Translations under genes and position numbers: made by a program
Assembly (NCBI GenBank): GCA_020847275.1
Contig: JADLCI010000007.1
Span: 27,814 to 91,813 of the forward strand
Source: Candidatus Nomurabacteria bacterium
Lineage (GTDB): Bacteria > Patescibacteriota > Minisyncoccia > Phycocordibacterales > JACOZG01
DNA: 64,000 nt
Direction: 5' to 3'
Shown: positions 8,282 through 17,205 of the stretch, one piece after another
Numbering within the stretch: the first letter of the stretch is position 1
Layout of the letters: each line of letters starts with the position of its first letter
The notes under the pieces: generated by a model
What the model was told of the DNA's origin: nothing
Databases searched by the model: none
Seen by the model: the letters and a program-made list of their open reading frames with translations, nothing else

Positions 8282-10257
8282 AATTACTAATTGTCACGCA
8301 GGTGGTGGATGAGTCGGATTCGATTTTGGGGTTTTTCCACCGTTGGATTGAAGAGTTTTCTAAACATTACGAAAAGGTTACCGTAATTTGTTTGAAAAAA
8401 GGCGAGTACCATCTACCGGTCAATGTCGAGGTGCTAACTCTTGGTAAAGAGGATGGGGCTTCAAGATCCAAGTATCTCTGGCGTTTTTATAAATATATTT
8501 GGAGTGAGCGGAATAATTACGACACGGTATTTGTGCACATGAATCAAGAGTATGTCCTATTGGGTGGTCTTTTCTGGCGTTTTTGGGGTAAACGCGTTCA
8601 TTTGTGGTACACGCACAAGATGGTTAGCGTAAAATTACGTCTGGCCACTCTTCTATCAGACAAGGTCTTCACTGCGTCCGAAGAAAGTTTCAGATTCGAT
8701 ACACCAAAACTACGTATCGCAGGGCATGGCATAGACACAGACTTTTTTTCTCCTGATTCGAGCGTGGTGCGTTCTGATCACGTTCTCTCCGTTGGACGTT
8801 TGATGAAAAGTAAACGCCATGATCTCATCATTCGTGCTGTGGCATTTGCAGGTAAAGAGCTTCGGATCATTGGCGACGGGCCGGAGCGTAAAAATCTTGA
8901 GGCACTCGCCCATATGATTGGGGCAAGGGTTTATTTTCTGGGTGGGCTTAATCAGTCGCAGGTGCGGGATCAATATCAGAAAGCTGCTTTTTTTGTACAC
9001 ACCAGTGAGACCGGAAGCTTGGATAAGGTGACACTTGAAGCCCTTGCGTGTGGCTTATCTGTAGTTACAACAAGTGATGCGTATAGAAATTTTCCAGTAC
9101 GTAAAGTACAGGCAACACCGGAGGCTATTGCCGCGGGGCTGGAAACAACACAAGACGGAAGCGAAAATGCAAAGTTTGTTCGAGAGCACCATAATCTTCG
9201 TCGTTTGATCGTCTATCTATCACGGGAGATGAGTGTATTGGGACCACGTGTCGCTTTTATTTTTACACGATCTCGGAAGGAAATTATACGTGGCGTACAG
9301 ACCGGTCAGTGTGCGGATACGCCCCTTTATGGCATGAATCATATACCCCATGCTGACTATTTTACCTTGGCGTCTAAATCGATGCGCGCCGTGTTTATCA
9401 TTCTGCATCTTTTCCGGTATGACTTTGTTATTGCGCAGGACAATCTCTTACTTGGTTACATTGTTTCTATTTGTTCTCGGACGTTTAATCTTAAGACTCG
9501 GTGGTTGTATGTGGCGATAAATTCTTCCACTCTCATGCGACGACACGCCAAGCATCCGATACGGCTTTTTATCCTTAAAAAGTTTTGGTCGAGTTACTCG
9601 CATATCATCTGCCTTTCTTTCGATCAGCTTAATGATTTTATCCAAATCGGTCTCCCTCAAGCACAACTTTCATTTATTCCATTTGGTGTGGACGCCACTT
9701 TTTTTCAACCTACCGACATTCATCATGATGAAAATTTAATTGTAAGTGTCGGGCGTGACGGTGGCCGTGATTACCGTACACTTTTTTATGTCGCTGGACT
9801 GGTCGGACATCGATTCGTTGTTGTCGCTGGACAGAAAAATATTCCGCATGATGTTTCGATTCCTCCAAATATGTCGATAGTTTATGACCGGAGCATTGTT
9901 GAAGTTCGAGATTTATATACTCGGGCTCGACTCATTGTCGTTGTTTCAAAGGATGCTAGAATTCCGGATGGTTCGGACTGCTCGGGACAGACGGTAATAC
10001 TTGACGCTCTTGCTGCTGGCAAAACCGTAGTTGCAACGCATCGTTCTTGGATTGCGGACTATTTTGTTCCTGGGCGGGATCTTATTGTGGTTGAGCCTGG
10101 TAATTCCGAAGCTGTTGCGACCGCGATTACCACTCTTTGGAACGACGCTGAAAGACGGGGGGAATTATCCGCCTCCGGACGTAACAAGGTGTCTATGTGC
10201 TACACGACAAAAATTTTTGCCACAGCCCTCCTTAAGCTTATGGAATCTATAAAATGA
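8278..10257 (+). CDS. Two-module glycosyltransferase, a fusion of two complete GT4 units
   Basis: N-module motif GSLDKVTLEALACGLSVVTT. C-module motif GQTVILDALAAGKTVVATHRSWIADYF...GRDLIVVEPGN. The ORF is continuous over 659 aa. Confidence 0.7.
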   Translation: MKLLIVTQVVDESDSILGFFHRWIEEFSKHYEKVTVICLKKGEYHLPVNVEVLTLGKEDGASRSKYLWRFYKYIWSERNNYDTVFVHMNQEYVLLGGLFWRFWGKRVHLWYTHKMVSVKLRLATLLSDKVFTASEESFRFDTPKLRIAGHGIDTDFFSPDSSVVRSDHVLSVGRLMKSKRHDLIIRAVAFAGKELRIIGDGPERKNLEALAHMIGARVYFLGGLNQSQVRDQYQKAAFFVHTSETGSLDKVTLEALACGLSVVTTSDAYRNFPVRKVQATPEAIAAGLETTQDGSENAKFVREHHNLRRLIVYLSREMSVLGPRVAFIFTRSRKEIIRGVQTGQCADTPLYGMNHIPHADYFTLASKSMRAVFIILHLFRYDFVIAQDNLLLGYIVSICSRTFNLKTRWLYVAINSSTLMRRHAKHPIRLFILKKFWSSYSHIICLSFDQLNDFIQIGLPQAQLSFIPFGVDATFFQPTDIHHDENLIVSVGRDGGRDYRTLFYVAGLVGHRFVVVAGQKNIPHDVSIPPNMSIVYDRSIVEVRDLYTRARLIVVVSKDARIPDGSDCSGQTVILDALAAGKTVVATHRSWIADYFVPGRDLIVVEPGNSEAVATAITTLWNDAERRGELSASGRNKVSMCYTTKIFATALLKLMESIK

Positions 10258-11372
10258 CGGCGATAAATCAACTTAGACTTTATGTTAACCCTAAGTGGCG
10301 GCGCAAGGGCATTCACACACCCCTTCTTAATCCTTGGTGGGGAAATCCACACGAGGAAGCTTCAATTTTTTCTAAGTTGATGTTCGACAGCTATTCATTT
10401 GACACTAGCCTCTATGTGGTAACTGACGATGTTTCAACAGCAGAGATGGTTTTACCGCCGTATCCGCATCAATGGTTTTTGCGCCACGATACGGAGCTAT
10501 TTGATGAGTGTGTAAAAATTGCTAGCGAATGTAACCTTCCCATTCTAATTGATGGATTGGGGGATATTGAGCACCCAATTGAAGTCAAAAATGCCTATAT
10601 CTTACGTTACGGAGGGTATCATTTTCTTCCTGAGCGCGGTCGTATTGTTGTACCACTCCATGTCGATGATTTACTTGAACGGTGTTGTGGTGGAAGGTTT
10701 GATGTTAGAAAGAAAAAAGTAGGGAAACCAATTATTGGATTTGCGGGGTGGACAGAGCTTTCCTTTTCTCAGTATTTACGTACGATAATAAAAGAGCTTC
10801 CGGTGCGGCTGCTTGGAGTTTTTGATACCCGTTATCGCGCGTGCACTAAGGGAATATTGTGGCGACAGAAGACGATTAAAATTCTTCAAAAATCAGGACA
10901 GGTAAGACTCAATCTTCGTACGCGGCGTTCTTTCTCTGCAAGTCCGAAAACAGCGGAGGGGGATATGAAAAAACTTAGAGAGGAGATGGTAGATGTAATA
11001 TTACAAAGTGATTATGCCCTTGACGTGCGCGGTGACGCAAACAATTCAGCTAGGCTTTTTGAAATACTGTCCCTTGGGCGTATACCGATTATTGTCGATA
11101 CCGAGCGCAATTTTCCCTTTAGTGATAAAATTGATTACGCGTCTTTTGCGGTCATGATTGACTTTCGTGAACTCAATAACTTACCGAGTCGGATAGCTGA
11201 GTTTCACGATAATATTTCTCCAGAACACTTTGAACAAATGCAAAAAAATGCTCGGGAAGTTTTTGTTCGTTATTTTCGTATTGATGCAATCATGCGGTCA
11301 CTCGTGGAAGATCTGCACACAAGGATTTCATCAGGGGCTGGTTCTCTCCAAGGTGAAACAAATAGACCATAA
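10254..11372 (+). CDS. Exostosin-like glycosyltransferase (GT47 family-like)
   Basis: ARLFEILSLGRIPIIVDTERNFPFSDKIDYASFAVMI resembles the exostosin C-terminal motif. Confidence 0.5.
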   Translation: MTAINQLRLYVNPKWRRKGIHTPLLNPWWGNPHEEASIFSKLMFDSYSFDTSLYVVTDDVSTAEMVLPPYPHQWFLRHDTELFDECVKIASECNLPILIDGLGDIEHPIEVKNAYILRYGGYHFLPERGRIVVPLHVDDLLERCCGGRFDVRKKKVGKPIIGFAGWTELSFSQYLRTIIKELPVRLLGVFDTRYRACTKGILWRQKTIKILQKSGQVRLNLRTRRSFSASPKTAEGDMKKLREEMVDVILQSDYALDVRGDANNSARLFEILSLGRIPIIVDTERNFPFSDKIDYASFAVMIDFRELNNLPSRIAEFHDNISPEHFEQMQKNAREVFVRYFRIDAIMRSLVEDLHTRISSGAGSLQGETNRP

Positions 11373-11381
11373 TATTGCATT

Positions 11382-11753
11382 ATGCGTGGGCTGAAATTTT
11401 TTCTCACTGGCTTAGTTGGCCTTAGTGTCAATCTCGGCGTGTTTAATTTGCTGTATCTTTTAGGGTTGCCGTATCTCTATGGGTCGGTTATGAGTTTTCT
11501 TGTTGCAATGGTCGTTGGTTTCCTACTTCAAAAGTATTGGACCTTTGAGGATTGCTCTCGTGAACGCGCATATGTTCAGTTCGCATCATATGCCGCATTG
11601 ACGTCGTGTAATCTTTTATTAAACACATTCATCGTGTACGCGCTTGTTGATTACGCCGATGTTTACTATCTTGTCGCTCAAGCCACAGGGGCAGGGCTGC
11701 TATCTCTCCTTAGTTATTTTGTCTACCGTTTCTACATTTTTAGGGGGTCTTAG
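11382..11753 (+). CDS. GtrA-family small membrane protein (polyprenol-phosphate-sugar flippase-like)
   Basis: The protein is 123 aa with four predicted TM helices. N-terminus FFLTGLVGLSVNLGVFNLL and the WTFE motif are typical of GtrA. Confidence 0.75.
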   Translation: MRGLKFFLTGLVGLSVNLGVFNLLYLLGLPYLYGSVMSFLVAMVVGFLLQKYWTFEDCSRERAYVQFASYAALTSCNLLLNTFIVYALVDYADVYYLVAQATGAGLLSLLSYFVYRFYIFRGS

Positions 11754-12467
11754 TGACATCAGGCGATAACGAAGTATTTGGAGCACCATCTTAAGGCCAA
11801 TTTTTGCTGCCTTTGCCACACTCTCCCCGGTGTACATTGAGGTACCGATGCGCTCTTTATAGATAACGGGGATCTCTATGGGTTTCCATCCGCGACGTAT
11901 TACCCAGATCATGATCTCAATGGAAAAAGCGTCTTTGCCATCAGATAAGTAAAATAAGTCAAAAATACTGTTGAGAACTCCGCGCGAGAAAAGTTTGTAT
12001 GAGCAACTCACGTCAGTCATACTGGGCCCATTATGTAAAACCTCTAGGAATTTTGCCACGGCCCAGTTACCAAGTCGAACTGGAAATGGCATGAATGCTC
12101 CTGACCAAATAGCGGCACGAGATGTCCGTGTTCCAAAAATAACCTCGAAGTCGTCTGTATACGATAGGAATTTGTGAACGTCTTGTGGTAAAAATGTACC
12201 GTCTCCCTCCACTGTTATAACAAGATCACCAGTGGCTTCGTGTAGCCCGCGCATCATGGCGTTTCCGTATCCTTGATGCTCCCTTTCCTCTACTAACCGT
12301 GCTCTTGTTTGTGCTACTTCCATTTTTGTATTGCCAAGTGCGTTGTTGTCAATTACCACAACCTCATCAACCACACCGGTGTCAAAAAGTCCATTTATGA
12401 CGGCACGGATGCTACCCTCCTCATTGTAAGTCGGGATTATAACACTTACGGTCTTACCTCTGTGCAT
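11700..12467 (-). CDS. GT2 polyprenol-phosphate glycosyltransferase (GtrB/DPM1-like)
   Basis: VSVIIPTYNEEGSI...DEVVVIDNNALGNT...GDLVITVEGDG contains DxD-type GT-A motifs. The gene converges on gtrA-like and the two 3' ends overlap by 54 nt. Confidence 0.8.
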   Translation of the reverse strand: MHRGKTVSVIIPTYNEEGSIRAVINGLFDTGVVDEVVVIDNNALGNTKMEVAQTRARLVEEREHQGYGNAMMRGLHEATGDLVITVEGDGTFLPQDVHKFLSYTDDFEVIFGTRTSRAAIWSGAFMPFPVRLGNWAVAKFLEVLHNGPSMTDVSCSYKLFSRGVLNSIFDLFYLSDGKDAFSIEIMIWVIRRGWKPIEIPVIYKERIGTSMYTGESVAKAAKIGLKMVLQILRYRLMSLRPPKNVETVDKITKER

Positions 12468-12596
12468 ACTGGTAAATTATAAGAAAACTTCCGTTTATGA
12501 TTCTTACAAAGAATAGCATGAAAGGCTGTTTTTTGATAAGATGGTTGGCTGTAGATAACAGTGAATTTTGTGACAAGGTATACTATCTTAATTGTG

Positions 12597-14375
12597 ATGA
12601 ATAGATTAAAGGGATTTCTGTTGAGATATCGCTTTTTGGTTGTTCTCGTTGTTGTCACGCTCGCTCTCACTCTTATACCAATAATCGATATTTATATTGT
12701 ACTTGGAGATAAGTGGCAAGGGGTCCCACCGACCTTCACCGATGAAACATTTTATTACGCACGGGTTCAGTCAATAGTGGAGGGGGGATTTGTTGGTGGT
12801 CATCCGTATTTTTTTGAACATCGTCATGATCCACCGCTCGTGGTTTTTGCTGGAGCGTGGGTAAATGCGATTCCTCAGTTACTTGGTCTACCACTCAATT
12901 CTGCATTGTTGGTAAACTTTATTCTGTGGAGTTTATTGTTTGTTTTGTCACTCTATTATTTGTTTAGGGAATTGCTAGTGCCACCCTCTTTATCCGTTTT
13001 TTTCACCCTTCTTATCTATGTTCAGTCGTATGCGCATGTGTGGCGTCCGGTTAATCTTCAGCCGGTGTACCCCCTTTATTTTTTGTTTTATGTCGCCCTC
13101 TTACATCTAATTTGTAAACAGAATCTCCGAAATATTATTTGTCTTGGTTTTGCCGTTGGCGCAACGTTTTATTTTTTTGCTTATCTTTGGCAAGTTGCTG
13201 TAGTGACGCTTGGGCTACTACTTTTTTATACACTTGCTCGTAGGAAGTGGCAATTATTGAAATCCACACTCCTTTCTTTAATTATCGGTGTTGTTATTGG
13301 CCTTCCAGTACTACTCTATGCACTCTGGCTTTCACACGGATCACCATATTTTTGGGAAAGTGTCGGTCGTCTCGGTCTTGTAAATACTCATCTACCTATG
13401 GCTGAAGTAATATATTCGGGCGGGTGGATCGGTCTGGTCTTCGTTTTATTGGTGGTTTTTTATTTAAACGCCCGTGAATTACGAAATGACAAAAACCTTA
13501 TAACGATAAATACGTTTATTGTTATAAGTGGAATGGGGCTTTGGTTAATGCAGGGAAGTAATCTTGTTACTGGTAAGCTACTGGAGACAGGGGAACATAT
13601 TCGCACGTTAATTCTACCGTGGCTCGTATTTTCCACCGTCAGTTTCGGTGTATTGTTCTGGAGACGACGGACACTCGTTTCAATAAGAACACGGGCGCTT
13701 CTGACCATTTCAATTGCGATATTATTTAGTGTTAGTCTGTATTATACCCACTACTATTTCCGTCCCTTTCTTCCTGGAAATGTCGACCACGGGGCATGGC
13801 AAATTGAACAGCTCTACGCCGGGCCATTTTCGTGGTTGCAAAACGAAGAGAAAAATTCTGTGGTTGTGTGGAGTGAGCCACGCGATTATTTAACGACTAA
13901 TTTGCCTATATTTACTAGACATTTCACCCTTTATAATTATTTTGGCATGTTGGAGTTGATTCCTGAGAGCGAAATACGTGAAAGGTATCTTATCTCGCAG
14001 TATTTTAATAGTCCTGCACTCACAGATTTTAAATCTGAACGAGAAATGGAGCTTTACCTTGGCCGTCATGATTTTCCTCATGCGGCGAAAACCATTGAGC
14101 GTGGAATTAAGATTTGTCGTTTACTGTCTTTTTGGAATAAGGGTAAAGATTGTGGCATACCTCCTACACCACAGAGTCTTCTTGGTGATAGGTTTTTTGT
14201 CGATCTTGAGAGTCAGTTTAAAAACGATATCGTGCCAAACATCAGGTCGTATCTTAAAAAATACAATGTTTCTTATATTCTTAAAGATAAGATACTTAAC
14301 CCAAGCTATAGACCAGAAAGCTTGGGGGCGGTACTTGTTTACAGCGACTCTCGCTATGAGATCTACCGTCTTTAG
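12597..14375 (+). CDS. Polytopic membrane protein with a C-terminal soluble domain; putative GT-C type glycosyltransferase or polymerase
   Basis: More than 10 hydrophobic helices are followed by a roughly 200-aa hydrophilic domain. The gene sits with GtrA and GT2. The track start at 12561 is an alternative upstream start. Confidence 0.5.
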   Translation: MNRLKGFLLRYRFLVVLVVVTLALTLIPIIDIYIVLGDKWQGVPPTFTDETFYYARVQSIVEGGFVGGHPYFFEHRHDPPLVVFAGAWVNAIPQLLGLPLNSALLVNFILWSLLFVLSLYYLFRELLVPPSLSVFFTLLIYVQSYAHVWRPVNLQPVYPLYFLFYVALLHLICKQNLRNIICLGFAVGATFYFFAYLWQVAVVTLGLLLFYTLARRKWQLLKSTLLSLIIGVVIGLPVLLYALWLSHGSPYFWESVGRLGLVNTHLPMAEVIYSGGWIGLVFVLLVVFYLNARELRNDKNLITINTFIVISGMGLWLMQGSNLVTGKLLETGEHIRTLILPWLVFSTVSFGVLFWRRRTLVSIRTRALLTISIAILFSVSLYYTHYYFRPFLPGNVDHGAWQIEQLYAGPFSWLQNEEKNSVVVWSEPRDYLTTNLPIFTRHFTLYNYFGMLELIPESEIRERYLISQYFNSPALTDFKSEREMELYLGRHDFPHAAKTIERGIKICRLLSFWNKGKDCGIPPTPQSLLGDRFFVDLESQFKNDIVPNIRSYLKKYNVSYILKDKILNPSYRPESLGAVLVYSDSRYEIYRL

Positions 14376-14384
14376 TCCTACGAC

Positions 14385-15095
14385 ATGAGATACTTACCCG
14401 ACATCCAACGAGATGAAATATTCAATGCTGATAAACTGCAAAGACTATATCAGTCTCGTTTTGGTGGTCGCCTTGAGTACAGAGATAAGGTATGGCGCAT
14501 TCTAGTTAAGGAATATTTTCAGCAGTGGGTTGGTGGCGGTGTCGTGTTGGACTTGGGGGCGGGGTATGGGGAGTTTCTGAATAATATTAAGTGTACAAAG
14601 AAATACGCGATGGATCTGAATCCAGAGACTTCTCTCAGGGTTAATAAAGATGTTGAGGTGTTGGTTCAAAACTGTGCCGATGCGTGGCCTCTTCTGGACG
14701 ACAGTCTCGATGTTGTCTTTACTAGTAATTTTCTGGAACATCTTCCTGACAAACAAACGCTATCAAGAGCACTTAATGAGGCAATACGTTGTTTAAAGCC
14801 AGGTGGGCGAATCGTGGCCATTGGACCTAACATCAAGTATGCCCCCGGTGCTTATTGGGATTACTGGGATCACCATGTCCCATTAACCGAGCAATCTCTT
14901 GCGGAGGCGATGAATCTTGAGGGGTTTGATATAGAAAGATGTATAGACAAATTCTTGCCGTTTACTATGGCAACGGGACCACGCTACCCGACCTTTCTTG
15001 TTGCCGTATACTTGAGATTTCCAATTGTGTGGCGTATTTTCGGGAGACAGTTTTTTGTTGTGGGAAGAAAAAAATTTGCAAGCCATAACACATAA
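14385..15095 (+). CDS. Class I SAM-dependent methyltransferase
   Basis: Motif I VVLDLGAGYGEF and post-I motif LKPGGRIVAIGPN. Confidence 0.75.
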   Translation: MRYLPDIQRDEIFNADKLQRLYQSRFGGRLEYRDKVWRILVKEYFQQWVGGGVVLDLGAGYGEFLNNIKCTKKYAMDLNPETSLRVNKDVEVLVQNCADAWPLLDDSLDVVFTSNFLEHLPDKQTLSRALNEAIRCLKPGGRIVAIGPNIKYAPGAYWDYWDHHVPLTEQSLAEAMNLEGFDIERCIDKFLPFTMATGPRYPTFLVAVYLRFPIVWRIFGRQFFVVGRKKFASHNT

Positions 15096-15099
15096 CAAT

Positions 15100-16215
15100 A
15101 TGAAAATCTATTATGTTGCAAACGCTCGTATGCCGAATGAAAAAGCGCATGGTATACAGATGGCAAAAATGTGTGAAGCGCTGGTTGAATCTGGTGTTGA
15201 CCTAACGCTACTGGTGTCAAACAGGGGATCTGGAAGCCTGAAACAGTTTTATGGTCTCACGTGTGAGATACCGACACGACGATTGCCTGTGGTGGACTTA
15301 CAATTTTTTGGTCCAATCGGTTACCGGGTTACGGCGCTACAATTTATTATCAGGGTGTTACTCTATTTATTTGTGAGATTGTTCAAAGATAAAATGTTTG
15401 TTGTCTACACAATCGACATGGATTCATTTTCTTTTGCTCCGCTAATTTGTATACCGCGCCCAGTTTTTGCAGAGATGCACAGTGTTAAGAAGGTCAACTT
15501 TCTGACAAGGACTTTTTTTAAGCGTGCAAAAATCATTGCAACAAATCAGCCAATTGCCGATGATTTATCGAAAGAATTTAACATTTCCCCACATGGTATT
15601 TCTGTTGAACCAAACGGTGTGGATGAAGCAGCCTTACGAGATTTTATTTCACAACAAGATGCTCGTAGAAAACTTAATTTGCCGTTAGATAAGTCATTTG
15701 CTCTATATGTTGGACGCTTTTACAAGTGGAAAGGCATGGAAATACTCGCAGATGCGGCCACAGATTCTATCCTTCCCATTTATGTTGTTGGTGGTGGGCG
15801 TGATGAGTATGAAAGTGTGACAGGTAGAAGTGGCGAGCGGTTACATTTTGTTGGAGGAAGACCAACTTATGAAATAGTATCGTGGCTTGCCGCGGCGGAC
15901 GTACTAATCGTACTTGGGACCGCAAATAATAAGGAGTCTTACTCTTATACATCCCCCATGAAAATATTTGAGTATCTTGCTGCTGGTAGGCCTACAGTGT
16001 CTTCACGGACGCCCGCTGTAATGAGTATCCTTAGAGAAGGCGTGACTTTTTGGTATGAACCGGACAACGCACAGTCACTGGGAAAAACCATAAGCTTGGC
16101 ATATACCAGTCCAGAATCGAAGGCTAAGGTACAGAAGGGTCGTGAATTGACAGAAAGGCATACCTGGCGTAAGCGTACGGAGCGGATTCTAAATTTTATC
16201 AAGTATGGAAATTAA
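15100..16215 (+). CDS. Glycosyltransferase family 4
   Basis: MKIYYVANARMPNEKAHGIQ is a GT4 N-terminus and GT4 motifs follow C-terminally. The track ORF starts earlier at 15025. Confidence 0.8.
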   Translation: MKIYYVANARMPNEKAHGIQMAKMCEALVESGVDLTLLVSNRGSGSLKQFYGLTCEIPTRRLPVVDLQFFGPIGYRVTALQFIIRVLLYLFVRLFKDKMFVVYTIDMDSFSFAPLICIPRPVFAEMHSVKKVNFLTRTFFKRAKIIATNQPIADDLSKEFNISPHGISVEPNGVDEAALRDFISQQDARRKLNLPLDKSFALYVGRFYKWKGMEILADAATDSILPIYVVGGGRDEYESVTGRSGERLHFVGGRPTYEIVSWLAAADVLIVLGTANNKESYSYTSPMKIFEYLAAGRPTVSSRTPAVMSILREGVTFWYEPDNAQSLGKTISLAYTSPESKAKVQKGRELTERHTWRKRTERILNFIKYGN

Positions 16216-17203
16216 AAAAGCGTTAACGTTCCGGGCATCGTCGATCGGTGATTGTCTGATGGCAAAGTATTTATTGGAAAACATTCATGCGAAGTTTCCT
16301 GGGGCACGTTGTGGGATTGTGATTGCAGGTAGGGGGGCGATGATCCGGGATTTGTTTGCCGCTTATCCGTGGATAGAAATAATTGAGGCCAACCGTCGTG
16401 ATGTGGGTGCAATAGTTCGCTTGTGGCTTAAATATCGTGGTAGTGATTTGGTCGTAACACAATATGCTGGTAAGCCTGGCGGTAGGTTCAGTCTCGCAAG
16501 CAAGCTAATGGGTAGATTGTTAGCACGCCGTGGTGGACTAGTTGGGTTTAGTGATTCTTCCACCTGGAACAAGTTTTTGTTTTCTAAAACCATTTTAGTC
16601 AGGCAAGATCAATCTGTGGTCTGGCATGAACGTGAGATCTTGCGCCTGTTTGACATACCCGTAGTGTTTTCGTTTCCCGTTCTGGTCCCGTTTAAAAATA
16701 CCAATATTCTTAAACGGTTCAACCTTGAAACAGGGCGATTTATAGTTGCACATCTTTTTTCTGGTAACACTATTCGGGGAATGTGTCCGGAGAAGAAGGG
16801 GAAATTACTTGCTACTGTATCTAAAAAATTTCCCGATTTCCAGCTCGTGATTAGTGGTGGAACACAAGACAGGGAAGAGGCATTGTCTGTTGTAGAAAAT
16901 ATCCCGGCCGTTGTTGTCGCTGGCGAGGTGACAATCCAGGAGATGATAAGCCTTATCAGCACAAGTCACGGAGTGGTGAGTCTGGATACTGGTATGGCAC
17001 ATATCGCGGCACAGCTCGGTGTTTCTCTGGTCGTCATGTGCTCGTGTTTTGGACGGAATTGGTGGTTTAGTGACCAATATGGGGTGGGGGCTAAAATTAA
17101 TGTGTTCTCTTGTGAAGAGATGTGCATTGGCGGACACGTAACTAAAAATTATCCCGACTGTATCAATGAAATTTCGATTGAACAAGTCGTGAATGTTATT
17201 TAA
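16205..17203 (+). CDS. Glycosyltransferase family 9 (heptosyltransferase-like)
   Basis: N-terminal SIGDCLMAKYLLENI and C-terminal VVSLDTGMAHIAAQLGVSLVVM match the GT9 donor-binding motif. Confidence 0.7.
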   Translation: MEIKKALTFRASSIGDCLMAKYLLENIHAKFPGARCGIVIAGRGAMIRDLFAAYPWIEIIEANRRDVGAIVRLWLKYRGSDLVVTQYAGKPGGRFSLASKLMGRLLARRGGLVGFSDSSTWNKFLFSKTILVRQDQSVVWHEREILRLFDIPVVFSFPVLVPFKNTNILKRFNLETGRFIVAHLFSGNTIRGMCPEKKGKLLATVSKKFPDFQLVISGGTQDREEALSVVENIPAVVVAGEVTIQEMISLISTSHGVVSLDTGMAHIAAQLGVSLVVMCSCFGRNWWFSDQYGVGAKINVFSCEEMCIGGHVTKNYPDCINEISIEQVVNVI

Positions 17204-17205
17204 CT

